Source of the DNA: Rebecca billardiae RCC1528
Lineage: Eukaryota; Protista; Haptophyta
NCBI GenBank assembly: GCA_965240325.2
Contig: OZ251230.1
Span: forward strand, 62,001 to 126,000
Reading direction: 5' to 3'
Length of the DNA: 64,000 nucleotides
The translations under genes and the position numbers were made by a program. Every line of letters begins with the position of its first letter. The first letter of the stretch is position 1. Under the pieces are notes generated by a model. The model worked only from the letters and a program-made list of their open reading frames with translations. It ran no database searches and was not told the DNA's origin. Shown in pieces: positions 1 to 12,206 of the stretch.

Positions 1-159
1 GATGCTTACACGCGTGTGATCTGTGACTGTGAGCATCCGCGAGTACGCGCTGTACGCGCGCGATTCTGCGGACGCACCTACTCGGTCACGATCAGATGGT
101 CCCGCGCAGGTGCCGCCCGGCAGCTCCCACTCGAGCGGCACGCCACCGAGCTGCTGTGC

Positions 160-2753
160 TCACACCAGCATGCCCCCCTTGAGGCCGCCGCCGTGTGCAG
201 CGCCGCCGAGCTCGCGGTGATGCCCGCCATGGTGCCCGCCATGGTGCCCGCCACCGCTGCGCGGCTTCTTGCCCGGCAGCGCGAGCGAGCCGCGCCGCGT
301 CGGCGCCGGCGTGCGCGCCTTGCGGAGGGGCGTGGCGGCGCCGGTCGCGGCGCCCGTCCTCGCCGCCCGCCCGGGCCGCGCCGAGCTCACGTCCTCGACC
401 GCCACCTCTCCGCTGCCCGCCGCGCTCTCGGAGGCGTCCGCGTACGCCCACAGCGCCTCCGCCCCGCGCCCGGCCTTGGGCACGGCGCCCAGCACGCAGC
501 ACGCTAGCAGCAGGGCGGCTGCGCACGCGGGGTGGGGGCACGCGCGCGGGGCGGAGGGCGGCGCGTGAGGGCGCGGGCCGCCGCAGCACGCGCGGCGCCG
601 CGCCGCGCAACGCTCGCGGCGCGGCGCGCACACCTCCGCACGCGAGGTGCACCCACGCCGGCGCGCGCGCGGGCAGCACGGCCCCCTGCGCGCCCAGCGC
701 ACCGCCCAGCGCCACGCGCCCGGCCGCGCAGCACAGCCGCAGCGCGCGGCCGACGGGGGCGCGCACAAACGCCAGCAGGCCTGCGCGCGGCGCGCGGCAC
801 GCAGCGGTGGCGCGGTGGGGCGGCGGTGGCAGCGGCGCGCGGCGTGAGGCGCGAGCAGCACGCACGGCGCGCGAGCGCGCGCGTGCGCGGGCCGTGGGGT
901 GCGCGCACACACCCGCGTGTGCCGCCTCCAGCGCGAGCAGCAGCAGCGACACAGACCCCAGGCACACGCCGAGCAGAAGAGCCACGCACGCCGAGGGCGG
1001 CGCGGCGGGCGCGCCGACGAGCGTCTTGAGAGCGGCGGCCAGGCCTGCGCGCACACGCGCACACACACGCGCGCACACACGCGCGCACACGCACACGCAC
1101 ACGCACACGCACACGCGCACGCGCACGCGCACGCGCACGCGCGCGCGCACACAGCGCCGTCCGCTCAGTGGCCGCGGCGCGCGCGCGCGCGCGGCGCGCG
1201 CGCGGCGCTGCGCCGCGCCCCGGCGCGCGTCGCGTGCGCGCACAGAGCAGCGCGACAACGGCCGGCCAGTGCGCGTAGCGCCACGCGAGCGCGCGCGCGC
1301 CCGACCTCCGCAGCGCGTGCCTGCGCCCGCCGGCGCCGCTGCCGGCCACAGCGTAGCCGCAGCCGAGGGCGAGCACTGCGCACAGCGCGCACGCTAAGCC
1401 GAGCGCGGCGGCAGCGGCCGGGGAGAGGGCGGGCGGGGCGGCGGAGGCGGCGGCGTGGTGCAGGGCCGCGGGCTCGGCGCGCTCGAGCAGCGCGCCCAGC
1501 GCCGCGCCGCCGCCGCCCAGCCCGCCGCCCGCCACGCTGCCGCCGGCCGCGAGCGCGGCGCCGCGCGCGGCCGCGGCCGCCGCCAGCCGCCGCCCCGCGC
1601 CCGCGGCGGCCGCGAGGGCGGCCGTGGCCGGCTCGGCCGGGAGCGCGGCGGCCGCGGGGCCTGGCGCGTGCGCAGGCGACGGCGGCGCGGCGGCAGGCGA
1701 CGGCGGCGCGGCGGCAGGCGACGGCGGCGGAGTGCTCGTCGCGTCGCTCGGCGCGGCCGCGGCGGCGGGCGCGCGCTCGACGGCCGAGCGCGCGCCCGCC
1801 GCCGCGCTAAGCGCGCTCGGCGCGGGCTCGCCCACGGCGGGGCCGTGGCCGGCGGGCGAGACCGCGGTGACGATGCTGAGCACGCACGTGCCCAGCGCGA
1901 GCATCAGCAGCTCGCCGAAGCGCCGCGCGCTGAACTCGGCGCCGGAGGCGGGAGCGGTGGAGGCGGGAGCGCGTGTGCCGGGCGCGGGCGCCGCCCCCGC
2001 CGCTGCCGCCGCCCCCGCCGCTGCCGCCGCTGCGAGCAGGAGGGGGCGGAGGGCGGAGGCGGCGAGGAGGAGGGCGGAGAAGGCGGCGTGCGAGGGGAGC
2101 GGGAGCAGCGCGGCGCAGAGCACGAGCGTGCCCGCCGCCGTGCGCAGCAGCTCCCACCGCGCCGCCCGCCTCGTGTCCCCCCGCTGGCCGTCCGCGCCCG
2201 CGCCCGCGGCCGCGGCCGCGTCCGCGCCCGCGCCCGCGCTGAGCGCCGGCTCTGCGTGTCGCAGCAGCTGCACCAGCCGGCCCGCGAGGACGGCGCCAAC
2301 GAAGGGGAGGCGGCGGTATGCGAAGAACGCGCCGGGGTCGGGGCAGATGCTCGCCGCCGCCGCCGCCGCCGCGAGCGCCTCCGCGCCATCCAGCGCGCTG
2401 TGCGCGAGCGAGCGCGCGTCGTAGTGCGCGCGGTAGCGCAGCCGCCCCGCCCAGCTGTCCAGCACACTCACGCCGAGCGCGGCGACGCCGAGCAGCCCGA
2501 GCGGGGCGCACATGGCGTGCTGCGCGAAGCGCGCCACCTGGAAGCACGCCGCGACGAGGACGAGGTCGAAGAGCAGCTCTCCGGCCTCGGGCGGCCGCGC
2601 CGTCTGCGCTGCGCCCCCGTCGAGCAGCGGGCGCGCGGGCGCGTACGGCGTGAGCACGCTCGCGTGAGCCGCGTCCTCCTCCGCCTCCGTCGTCTCGCGC
2701 CGCAGATGGATGTCCCCGCCGCCGCTGGCGCCGGCTGGCCCGGTGGGACGCAT
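160..2753 (-). CDS. LtrA (low temperature requirement A) family multi-pass membrane protein; 4 exons 2753-1244, 1044-913, 780-634, 518-160 (~715 aa)
   Basis: LtrA-type motifs GELLFDLVLVAA, RRFGELLMLALG and WRYAHWP, with many hydrophobic helices. Three GT-AG introns join the three ORF frames; the spliced length of 2148 nt is a multiple of 3. Confidence 0.75.
1050..1152. repeat. (CGCACA/CGCGCA)n compound microsatellite inside LtrA intron 1
   Basis: Directly visible tandem hexamers. Confidence 0.85.
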
Positions 2754-3971
2754 CGCGTCGCGGTCGCGGGCGGGGCTGCGCGTGTTTGTGGGCGCAACTT
2801 GGGCGGGAGCGCGCGCTGGCTCCTCACCTCGCACCAAAGTGCTTTCGCGCCTGCGAGTCGAGAGTGAGCAGCGCGACTTCTCTCAGAGCGCGGCCGTTCC
2901 AAGGGAGGTCGTTCAAGGCTTCAAGCGGGTCGATTCTCTGAGATTCCGCATGCCACCTGCCGCAGCCCGACCAAGGGCCGTCCGACGACAGCCTGAGCCT
3001 GCGAGCTCCCGGAGCACCAGTCCCGCGCCGCGCCGGCGCGAGCATGCGCGCCGCCTCGAGACCGTCGAGGCGTGCGCTGCACGTTCGCGCCCGGCGGCCA
3101 CGATGCGGGCTGCGCGTACACCGACCGCGGCAAGGGAGCGAGACACGCTCGCGCTCGGCACTGGGCCGGCCCAGGAGGTCCGCCGAGCCGCGCTCGGGGC
3201 GCGCCGCCCGGGGCGGGTCGGCTGTCGGCATCACTGGTGCCGACCGCGATCGAGCACTCCAGCGTGTTGCTTGTCGAGCAAGGCCGTGCTGCTCACGCCA
3301 CCGACGCAGCCCGCTCGCTTATGAGGACGGCGGCCTCGTGCCGAGCGAGCTTGGAGGCCGGGCGACGATCTGCTGCCAGAGGCCGGGGCTATGCCTGATC
3401 GTCCCGCGCTGTCACCCAGCCACGGCTCGCCCTCGTCCTTGTCACAACGGGCACTCACGTCGACGCGCGAGCGTGACCCCTGCTGTTGTCCGGTGGATGA
3501 GCTCCGCACGCCGCAGTGTCATCACGGGATGGCGCGGCGGCTGCCATTACAGGTGAGCTGCGCGCGTGTGTGTCAGGCGGCGGTGCTCTGCTGGGCTCGA
3601 GCGCGCCTGGCCTTTGCGAACCTACGCGAGCGATGATTGGCCGCGTGCATGGCGCGCGCACACGCAGCGGCACATCCCTGGCGTCTGGCTGTGCGTGCCG
3701 CCCACGCGCGACCCCACGCCCACGCCGCGCGCGCCCGCGGCCAAAGCCGGTGTGGCGAGTCCGGCTTGGCCGGTGGAGCCGAGGAGTTACGCCCTCGAGT
3801 CCGGGGTTTGTTTCGCAACAGACTTCCGTTCCGGCCAAAATCTCGGCAGGTGTGGCGGGCGTGAGATACGGAAGAGCTCGGCGCGGCTCCGAGTGCAGCA
3901 GCAGGGCCACTGCAGCGAGGGCGAGCAAGGGTGCTCGTCGGGGCGGCACACGCCCTTGCGCGCAGGGCACC

Positions 3972-4863
3972 ATGCAGCGCCCCCTGGTGAAGGTCGACGC
4001 GAACGGCGGGTTCGAGCACGAGCAGGCCAAGTCGCCTGGTCGCGGGCTCGCCACGCTGCAGAAGCAGCTCGAGACCCACCGCGCCTGGCTCGAGCAGGCG
4101 CGCGCGCGCACCCGACGCGCGCGCGCGCGATCGCGCGCACCCGCCGCGTCGGCGCGCGCAGGCGAGCGCGCGCGCGGCCGCGCGGGCTCGCGCGCCGCGC
4201 CGCACCCCACCGACCCGCCCGCCGCGCGCCGCGCCGCGCCGCCCCCCCTCCGCGCAGACCTCGTTCAGAGACGGCGCGGACGGCGCGCTCGGCGCGGACG
4301 GCGCCACGCCCGTGGGCGCGCGCGCGATGGCGGGCGCGGGGGCGGGCGGCGGCGCGCGCGGCGAGTCTGCGCAGAACGAGCTGCGCGAGGCCGGCCGCGC
4401 GTACGCGCAGCGGCTGCGCGGCGCCGCGCAGCGGCCCGCCGCCGCCAACGGCGGCGCCGAGGGCGGCGCGGCCGCGGAGGCGGAGGCGGAGGCGGCGGCG
4501 GCGGAGGCGGAGGCGGCGCTGCGCTCGATGGGCGGCGCGCCCGGCGAGGGCGCCGAGGCGGTGCTGACGCGGCTCTCCGCGCAGGCCGCCGCGGTGCGCG
4601 AGCGCAAGGAGCGCCGCGCCGTCGACGGCCGCCGCGCGTCCGTCGACGCGGCCGCTTCCAACGCGGCCGCGGCCGCGAGCGCGTCCAGGCGCTCGTCGCT
4701 GCTCTCCGCGTCGGTGGCGTCGGTGGAGGGGGGCGCGGAGGGCGGCGGCGCGTACTACGGCGCCGAGTACGACCCGCCCTCGCCGCCGCCGCCGCTGCTC
4801 GGCAACACGGCGCGCGTCGCCGCCGCGACCGCGCCGCGCGGCTCGCCCGGCTCGCCCGGCCGG

Positions 4864-4899
<36 letters not shown>

Positions 4900-7284
4900 T
4901 CTCGCCCTGCGGTGGTGGAGCGTCTGGAGTCGTGGGCGGCGCACCGCGCGGCGCGGCTGCAGCGCTCGGCGGCGGAGACGGCGGAGGCGGAGGCCGCGGC
5001 GCAGCCCGGCGCGCCCACGCTCACCCCGCGCTCCCTCGCCCTCGTCGGCCGCATGCGCGGGCGGCACGGCCCGATCGAGACGCAGCTGCTGCAGGAGGCG
5101 GCGCGCAGGCGGGAAGACTTTGAGGCGGCGGCGGCGGAGGCGGTGGCTAAGGCGCGGCGCGAGGCGCGGCCCGCGCTGACGGCGCGCGCGGAGGCGCTGC
5201 CGCGCGAGGGCGACGTGGCCGAGCGCCTCTACGCCTACGCGCAGGTCTACGAGGCGCGGCGCACCGAGCGCGCGCACAGACACTCGGCGGAGGCGGCGGC
5301 CGGCGGCGTGCACGCGCGCGGCGCGCAGGTGTCGGGCGCGCGCGTGAACGCCGCTTCCGCGTACGCGGCCGTGCGCACGCAGGACGTGTCCGAGCGCCTG
5401 CACGCGCTCGGCTCGGCCGAGGCGCGCGCGCTGCGCCTCGAGGCGCTCGCCACGCCGCGGCCGCACTCCTCCCACCCGCTGCGCCGCCCCTCTGCGGCCG
5501 AGCTGGAGGCCGAGCTGGCCGTGCACCCGGCGGCGGTGGGGCGGCGCGCGTCCTCGGCGGGCGGCGCGCTGGCGGAGATGGGAGGCGCGCCGGGGCACCC
5601 GCTGCTGACCGCGCGCTCGGAGAAGCTCGCGGCCAAGTCGGGCGAGGGCGCGTTCGAGCGGCTGACCAAGCCGTCCAAGCAGGCGCTGCTGCGCGCGGCA
5701 GAGGCGGAGCGCATGGCCGAGGTGCGCGCGCGCCTGCGCGGCGGCGCAGCGGCGCAGCGGCGCGCGCCCACGTGCCCGCGCCGCCCGCGCCCACGTCCCC
5801 TCCGCCCCCGCCCCCTTCCGCCCCCCAGGGCGAGGCGGAGCCCCTCCCCTCGCACGTGCGCCGCCAGCTGCTCGAGTGCACCTTCAGCCCGCACATCACG
5901 CCCAAGACAGAGGCCATCGCAGCAGCCAAGCGGATGGCGGCGGCCATGGCGACCTCGCCGCAGCCCAGGCCGGGCGGGGGCGCGCACGGCCGGCGGCGCT
6001 CGTCGTTCGCGGACATGGCGGCGGCGGCGGAGGCGGGCGCCATGCCGAGGCACCACGTGCGCGCACAGCACAGCGCTGCCCAGCCCAGCGCACCGCTGCC
6101 CAGCGCAGCACACAGCATAGCGCACCGCACGCGCTGCACAGCCCAGCGCAGCACACAGCGCACCGCGCCCGGCGCTGAGCGCACCCGCGCGCCCGCCCGC
6201 CCTGCCGCGCAGGCGCTGTACGAGGACGCGGCGCAGCGCGCGGCCGAGCTCGAGCGCCTCCGCTCCGAGTACGAGGCGCGCGAGCTGAGCGGCTGCCCGT
6301 TCGCACCCAACGCGCACGCCCAGGGCGCGCACGCGAGGGGCGGCGGCGCGGGCGCGGCCTCGCCGCGCAGCAGCACGTCTCCGGGCGCGCGGCGCGGCGG
6401 GGGCGCGGAGGGCGGCGGGGGCGGGCACAAGCGCGGCATCGTGCGCACCGCCTCGGCGGGCGCGCGCTCCGCCTCCTCCGCCACCTCGGGCCGCGCCTCC
6501 GACCCCGGCGGGCGCGGGTACAACCGCGTCGACCGCGAGGCGGAGGTGACGGCGCGGCTGGCCGAGTGGGCGCGCCGCCGGCAGCAGCGGCTGGACGCGC
6601 AGCGCGAGGCGGCCATCGAGGTGAGCGGAGGCGCGCACGCGCGCGCGCGAGAGGGGCGCGCGCGGTGCCCGCTCACGCCCCGCCCCCCGCCTGCCCCCTT
6701 CGGGCGTCCGCCGGCCCTCAGGCTGAGCTGGAGGCGTGCACGTTCAACCCCAACATGGCCGACCCCTCGACCTCCATGCTGCTGCCGCCCGCAGAGGGCG
6801 GCAGGGCGCTGCCCGAGCCCTCGCCCGACCCGGTGGACGACCTGGACAACCCGCTGCACCTGCGCAGGGCGGTCTCGCTCTCCCGCTTCGTCGCGCGCCA
6901 GCAGGCCGGCCGCATCCTCGCCGACCAGCGCCGCGCGGTGCCGCACGCGTCGGGCGAGACGTGGAGCCGCGCGCCCACGCGCACCGAGGAGTTCGCGCTC
7001 GCCACCTCGCCGGGCGCGGACGCGGAGCGCGAGCAGCTGCGCGCGTCGATTGCCGCGCTCAAGCGGGTGCGCGCGCGCCGCGCTCGCTCGGGCGCACGCA
7101 CGCGCTGCGCCGCGCCGGCCGCGCGCGCCGCCGGCGCTCCGCTCACCTCGCCGCCCCGACCGCGCGCTGCCGCGCCGCCGCGCAGCCGCTGGCCAAGGTG
7201 CGCGTGGAGACGGCGGCGGAGCCCGCCGTGGTGGTGCAGCCGCCGATGCGCGTCACCTTCGCCGAGCGCCCCGTGTCCACGTGA
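3972..7284 (+). CDS. Hypothetical Ala/Arg-rich coiled-coil protein with ECTFxP-type repeats; 6 exons 3972-4097, 4258-5721, 5829-6056, 6213-6620, 6722-7066, 7186-7284 (~889 aa)
   Basis: Five phase-0 introns (the first is GC-AG) join four ORF-track frames into one reading frame. Motifs ECTFSPHI, GCPFAPN and ACTFNPN, plus repeated ERL(Y/H/T) segments. Confidence 0.65.
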
Positions 7285-7790
7285 GTCGGGGGGCTGCGCC
7301 TGCCGGCCGGCGCGTGCCGCCGGCTGCGCGGGCGAACACCGTCGAACCCGGTGGTCCGTGTGATATGCGGCTGTCGGCGGCTGTGCCGTATCAACAGCAG
7401 ATGACCGTTACGACGTGAGAGGCAGCGATTATTGGCGCGCGTTCGTCGTTACCGCCTTAATATATATATATCATGAAGAGGCCGAGTATCTCGAGAACCG
7501 CGCGATATATCATATACCTAATCACACCCTCGAAGTAGCCAATCAGCATCGAGCCCGAACGTCCCCCATATGCACAACCCAAAATAGCCTGCCTGGCACT
7601 CCTGACGATTCGTCAGCCTCGAGATTCTCGATTACGGTTGGACACGATGAATACGTAGTGGGTAAGTCACCATCAGAACAAGCTGGCTTTGAACAATGCT
7701 CATAGGCCGCTTACAAACCGGAAACCCATTGCGGGCGAGCGGCTGACGAGACTGAAAGCGCGAAAGGTGTCGCGCGTGCCCGTCCAGAAG

Positions 7791-8442
7791 GAGGCCACTC
7801 CACCGAAATCAGCCGACGGGTAGGGGAGCCAGAAGCGTCTCGGGTAGGGGTCCCCTACCCGATCGCGCACCTCGGGTAGGGGGGGCGGAGGCTGCAGTCG
7901 CCGCGCGCCGAGGGCGTCGCTCGACGCGCACCGCGGGCGTCGCTCGAGTCTGCGCGGCCCGCGCACGCGTCCTGCGGGTGCGCCCCGGCACTGTGCCTTC
8001 GCGCGCCGCTGGCGGTGCGCCTCTCCGCCTCTCACGCCGCTCGCCAATGGCCCGCGACTGCGCGTCGGCACGTTTGTCCGCTGCGGCCGACCGCGAACGC
8101 GCACAGGCGGGCACAAGGAAGTCGGACGATGATTTGCTGTCGTGTTGTGCGCGGACCATGTGTATGCGCTCCGCCCAGCCGCGCGCGTCGGTCGCGCACG
8201 CCGACCAAGGCGAGCTCGAGCGCGCGCGCAAGCTGGCGCTCGCGCGTTTTGGACCCATGAAGGTGCCAGGGACTCGAGCGCGCCCAAGCGTCGGTAGAGC
8301 GCGCGCCGCGCTCGCGCGAGGAGCTGTGCGGTCGCAGCTCGCCCGCACGCTTGCGCCCTGGGCGATCCGCGCCCTCGCATGCGCCAGCCGCGCGAGGCAG
8401 CGGCGCGTCGCACATGCCGGCCGCGCGAGCGCGGCGCGCGCC
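7791..8442 (+). repeat. Left terminal inverted repeat (652 bp) with CGGGTAGGGG subterminal motifs
   Basis: Inverted copy of 10201-10852. Confidence 0.92.
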
Positions 8443-10200
8443 TTGCTACCTGTAGCCTACTCGATGCCATTAGACAACGGTGCTAGTCAATCTGAGTCGT
8501 AGGCTGAGACAAGGGGACAGCATGCTCGCGGGACCAAGAGCATGTCAGACGCGGGCATTGTCACTTGAATATTGGCGCAGGTACGCTAGTTTCGGCAGTA
8601 CAATGTACGCACGCGTCGCGGCTACACTTCGTTGCATCGTGGCCGCCTGCGCTGTGGTCGACAGCGCCGTTCACAGCGAGCACAATGTCACACAGCGCCG
8701 CCTCAGACGCACGCCACGCCCGAATTGACCATGTGCTGTGCCACTCACTCTGGCTGGTAAGCGCGCAAGAAGGCTGTGCGCGCAGAGTGTGTCCAGCTGC
8801 GCCGTGTTCCCGAGCACGGACAGCAGCAGCTGGGAGTTGGCGCAGGAGTCCGGACTGCGTGGCGCTGGCGCGGTGAATGCGCATCGGCGCGGCGATGGCG
8901 GTGCGTCAGGCACTGCCGATGGCTCCGCGGCGGCAAATTCGTCCGGCATAGCCATCAGCTCTGTCAGAGACACTTCAGGCGCAACGACCGCACGCGCTCG
9001 TCAAGGCATCCGCATTGGCATCCAAGGCGTCCACGGCGGGAGCCTGGCACTGACTGGGGACGACAAAGGCGCGGCGTCAGAGGCACTGAGTCGACACGAC
9101 CGTGGCCGCCCGTGCCACCTCTTGGCCGCCGACACGCCGCCAACCGAAGATGAAGGGACTGCTCGCGGCCGCCGAGGCCGCCGTTAGCCGGTCTGCCATC
9201 CTCTGCGTGCACACTGCCACGAGGATGCGTGGGCTGCGGCCTGCGAGCACCGGCCGTCAGGCGGCCAGCCACCGCGGCGGCCGCGGGCCGATGCTGCTGA
9301 TAAAAGCGCGGCGGCGCTGCGCGGCCCAGCGCAGCCCGTGTGACCTGAGCCTTGCGCGCCACCGCAGGCCGCGGCGGCGACAGGCCAAGTGGGCCGCGCG
9401 CGCGCGTCGCCGCGAGCCACCGCGGCCATCGGACTCGGTCTCATCCAGAGTCTCGCCGCAGTCAGCGGGCGGGCGCCGACGGGCCCGCCGACCGATCCCA
9501 GGGCAGGCGGCCGCGCGGCCGAGGCCGGTCCGCTGCGACGGCATGCGCCGTGCAGCCCGCACCGAGTGCGGTTCAATCACGACCACGACAGAAAGCTGCT
9601 CAGAAGCGTCACACGTCAAGCCCCGTGCTCCATGCTGAGCCGACGTCACTGCGCCTGCCATACATCAACGGCTGAGGGCCCTTGCCACTGAGTCCTCATC
9701 GCAGCATGAGTCGATCAATCAACACGCAGTCGTTGCCGCCTAGCGCCCAAGTTGCTCCTCGCCCACGCTCGCGTCTGCATCGATGCTGTGCAGAGCACTC
9801 CTTCGGGGCTATCGCTGGCGTTGATTCCGAACTGCGCACGCAGCGACTCCATTCGAGGTGAGTACGCGTGGCGCTGAACGCCCGAGTCAGTACCGGGCTG
9901 TACGCGTCCTCGTCATGACAGCCGGAGACGATGGTGGTGTCGTGTGGCGACTGGTTGCGCAACCCTCACCTGGCGACAGCAACGCAGCGCGGACTTGGGA
10001 GTCTGTCGTGACGATTCTGCTGATGTGCTATCCAAAGACGAAGCACGTGCGAGGATCAGAAGAGGCTTAGGTGCGCCACCGCGCTGGTACACAACCTACC
10101 CGTTCAAGTGTACGCCCTGCGCGCCGTCCGCATCCTCGCGCAGGCTAGCACACAGCTGAGGCTCAGAGGCACACCAGCTGCGGCCGCTGCACGCAGGCTT

Positions 10201-10852
10201 GGCGCGCGCCGCGCTCGCGCGGCCGGCATGTGCGACGCGCCGATGCCTCGCGCGGCTGGCGCATGCGAGGGCGCGGATCGCCCAGGGCGCAAGCGTGCGG
10301 GCGAGCTGCGACCACACAGCTCCTCGCGCGAGCGCGGCGCGCGCTCTACCGACGCTTGGGCGCGCTCGAGTCGCTGGCACCTTCATGGGTCCAAAACGCG
10401 CGAGCGCCAGCTTGCGCGCGCGCTCGAGCTCGCCTTGGTCGGCGTGCGCGACCGACGCGCGCGGCTGGGCGGAGCGCATACACATGGTCCGCGCACAACA
10501 CGACAGCAAATCATCGTCCGACTTCCTTGTGCCCGCCTGTGCGCGTTCGCGGTCGGCCGCAGCGGACAAACGTGCCGACGCGCAGTCGCGGGCCATTGGC
10601 GAGCGGCGTGAGAGGCGGAGAGGCGCACAGCCAGCGGCGCGCGAAGGCACAGTGCCGGGGCGCACCCGCAGGACGCGTGCGCGGGCCGCGCAGACTCGAG
10701 CGACGCCCGCGGTGCGCGTCGAGCGACGCCCTCGGCGCGCGGCGACTGCAGCCTCCGCCCCCCCTACCCGAGGTGCGCGATCGGGTAGGGGACCCCTACC
10801 CGAGACGCTTCTGGCTCCCCTACCCGTCGGCTGATTTCGGTGGAGTGGCCTC
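10201..10852 (-). repeat. Right terminal inverted repeat (652 bp)
   Basis: Inverted copy of 7791-8442. Confidence 0.92.
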
Positions 10853-11054
10853 AGAAGCGCGAGATCGCAGCTTGATAGCGGCGGAGCCTCATCGCCCGGG
10901 ACCTCGTGAAGAGCTGAGAGGCAAGCAGGCTGCGCGGGGCCCCTCTTGCCGCGCTGGGCCCACACGCCCTCGAACGGCTGCCTCCCGAGCGGAGGCCCGC
11001 GAGCAGGGCGCGCGCCCGAGCCGCGTGCTCGGCGCCTCGCCCCCGCCCCGCGCC

Positions 11055-12162
11055 ATGCGCGTTCTACTCCTCGCGCTGCTCGCGCCCCTGCTGCCCGGCC
11101 TCGCGCGCGGCTCGTACGAGGCGTGCACGGCCCACCGCACCGTGCACGTCTCCACCGACGCCGCGCTCGCGGCGGCGTTCGCCTCGCTCGAGCCGTGCGA
11201 CACGGTGGTGCTCGCGCCGCGCGAGTACGTCGTCTCGCACGTCGCGCTGTACGTGACCAAGCCGCACGTCACCATCGAGGGCGCCGGCTCGACGCTCGTG
11301 CCGGCGGACGGCATCGAGCACCGGCTGCTCGAGGTGCGCTGCACGGAGGGCGTGGTGGTGCGAGGGCTGGCGTTCAACGACGCGCGCGGGTACGGCGGCG
11401 TGTTCGTGTACTACGCCTCCGTCCGCTTCGAGGCGTGCGCCTTCGAGGGCAACCTCGGCTCCACGCTCGGCGCGGGCGCGCTCGTGTACCACTCGGCCCT
11501 GGCGCACTTTGTGCGCTGCGCCTTCACGCGCAACCAGGCGCACCACGGCGCGGGGATCTTCTGGTGGGACAGCGTCGGGCTGATGGACGAGTGCGAGTTC
11601 GACACCAACGACGCCGTGTACAAGGGCGGCGGCGTCGTCGTGCACGAGTCGAGCGTGCAGCTCACGCGCTCGCGCTTTGTGGCCGACAGCTCGCCGCAGG
11701 GCGGTGCGCTCTACGCGTACGGCGCGCACGTGCTCGCGAGCGCCGTGGCGTTCGAGCGGCCGTACTCGAGCGAGTGCGGCGGGCTGGGCTTCTTCCACGA
11801 GTGCGCCGTCACGCTCGACAACACCACCACCGTCGACGCCGAGGCCACGCTGCAGGGCGGCGCCGTCTGGGCGGGCGGCGGCTCCCTCGCCCTGCGCGAC
11901 AGCGCGTTCGTGCGCTCGGCCGTCACCGGCCCGGCCTCGGGCGGGCACGGGCTGGGCGGCGCGGTCGCGGCGCACGGCGTCGAGCTGAGCGTCTCGGCGT
12001 GCACGTTCGACGGCTCGTACGCCGCGGGCAAGGGCGGCGCCATCTACGCCGAGGACGGCTCCCTCTCCATCGAGTGCTCCAGCTTCAGCGGCAGCGCGGC
12101 GCTGGGCGGCTGCGCGGCCGTGCACGAGCGCTCCGTGGGCGCCGTGTGCGGCGTGGCGCCAC

Positions 12163-12206
<44 letters not shown>

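Larger units (their letters stand above)
7791..10852. mobile_element. Non-autonomous long-TIR (foldback-like) DNA element, 3062 bp, 5-bp TSD AGAAG
   Basis: 7791-8442 is the reverse complement of 10201-10852 (652 bp, about 4 mismatches by eye). Termini GAGG...CCTC; AGAAG flanks both ends (7786-7790 and 10853-10857). No recognisable transposase inside. Confidence 0.88.

Noticed and set aside
2900-3970. ORFs of 100-250 aa between the LtrA-like and CTFxP genes
   Set aside because: No coding bias or motifs; probably a divergent promoter/UTR region.
8443-10200. Transposase, TnpB/Fanzor or captured gene in the TIR element core
   Set aside because: Only short ORFs, without DDE, RuvC, zinc-finger or other recognisable motifs.
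10230-11054. N-terminal 275 aa of the 4933-aa ORF
   Set aside because: Lies mostly in the transposon TIR and is Arg-rich junk. The signal peptide begins at ATG 11055.
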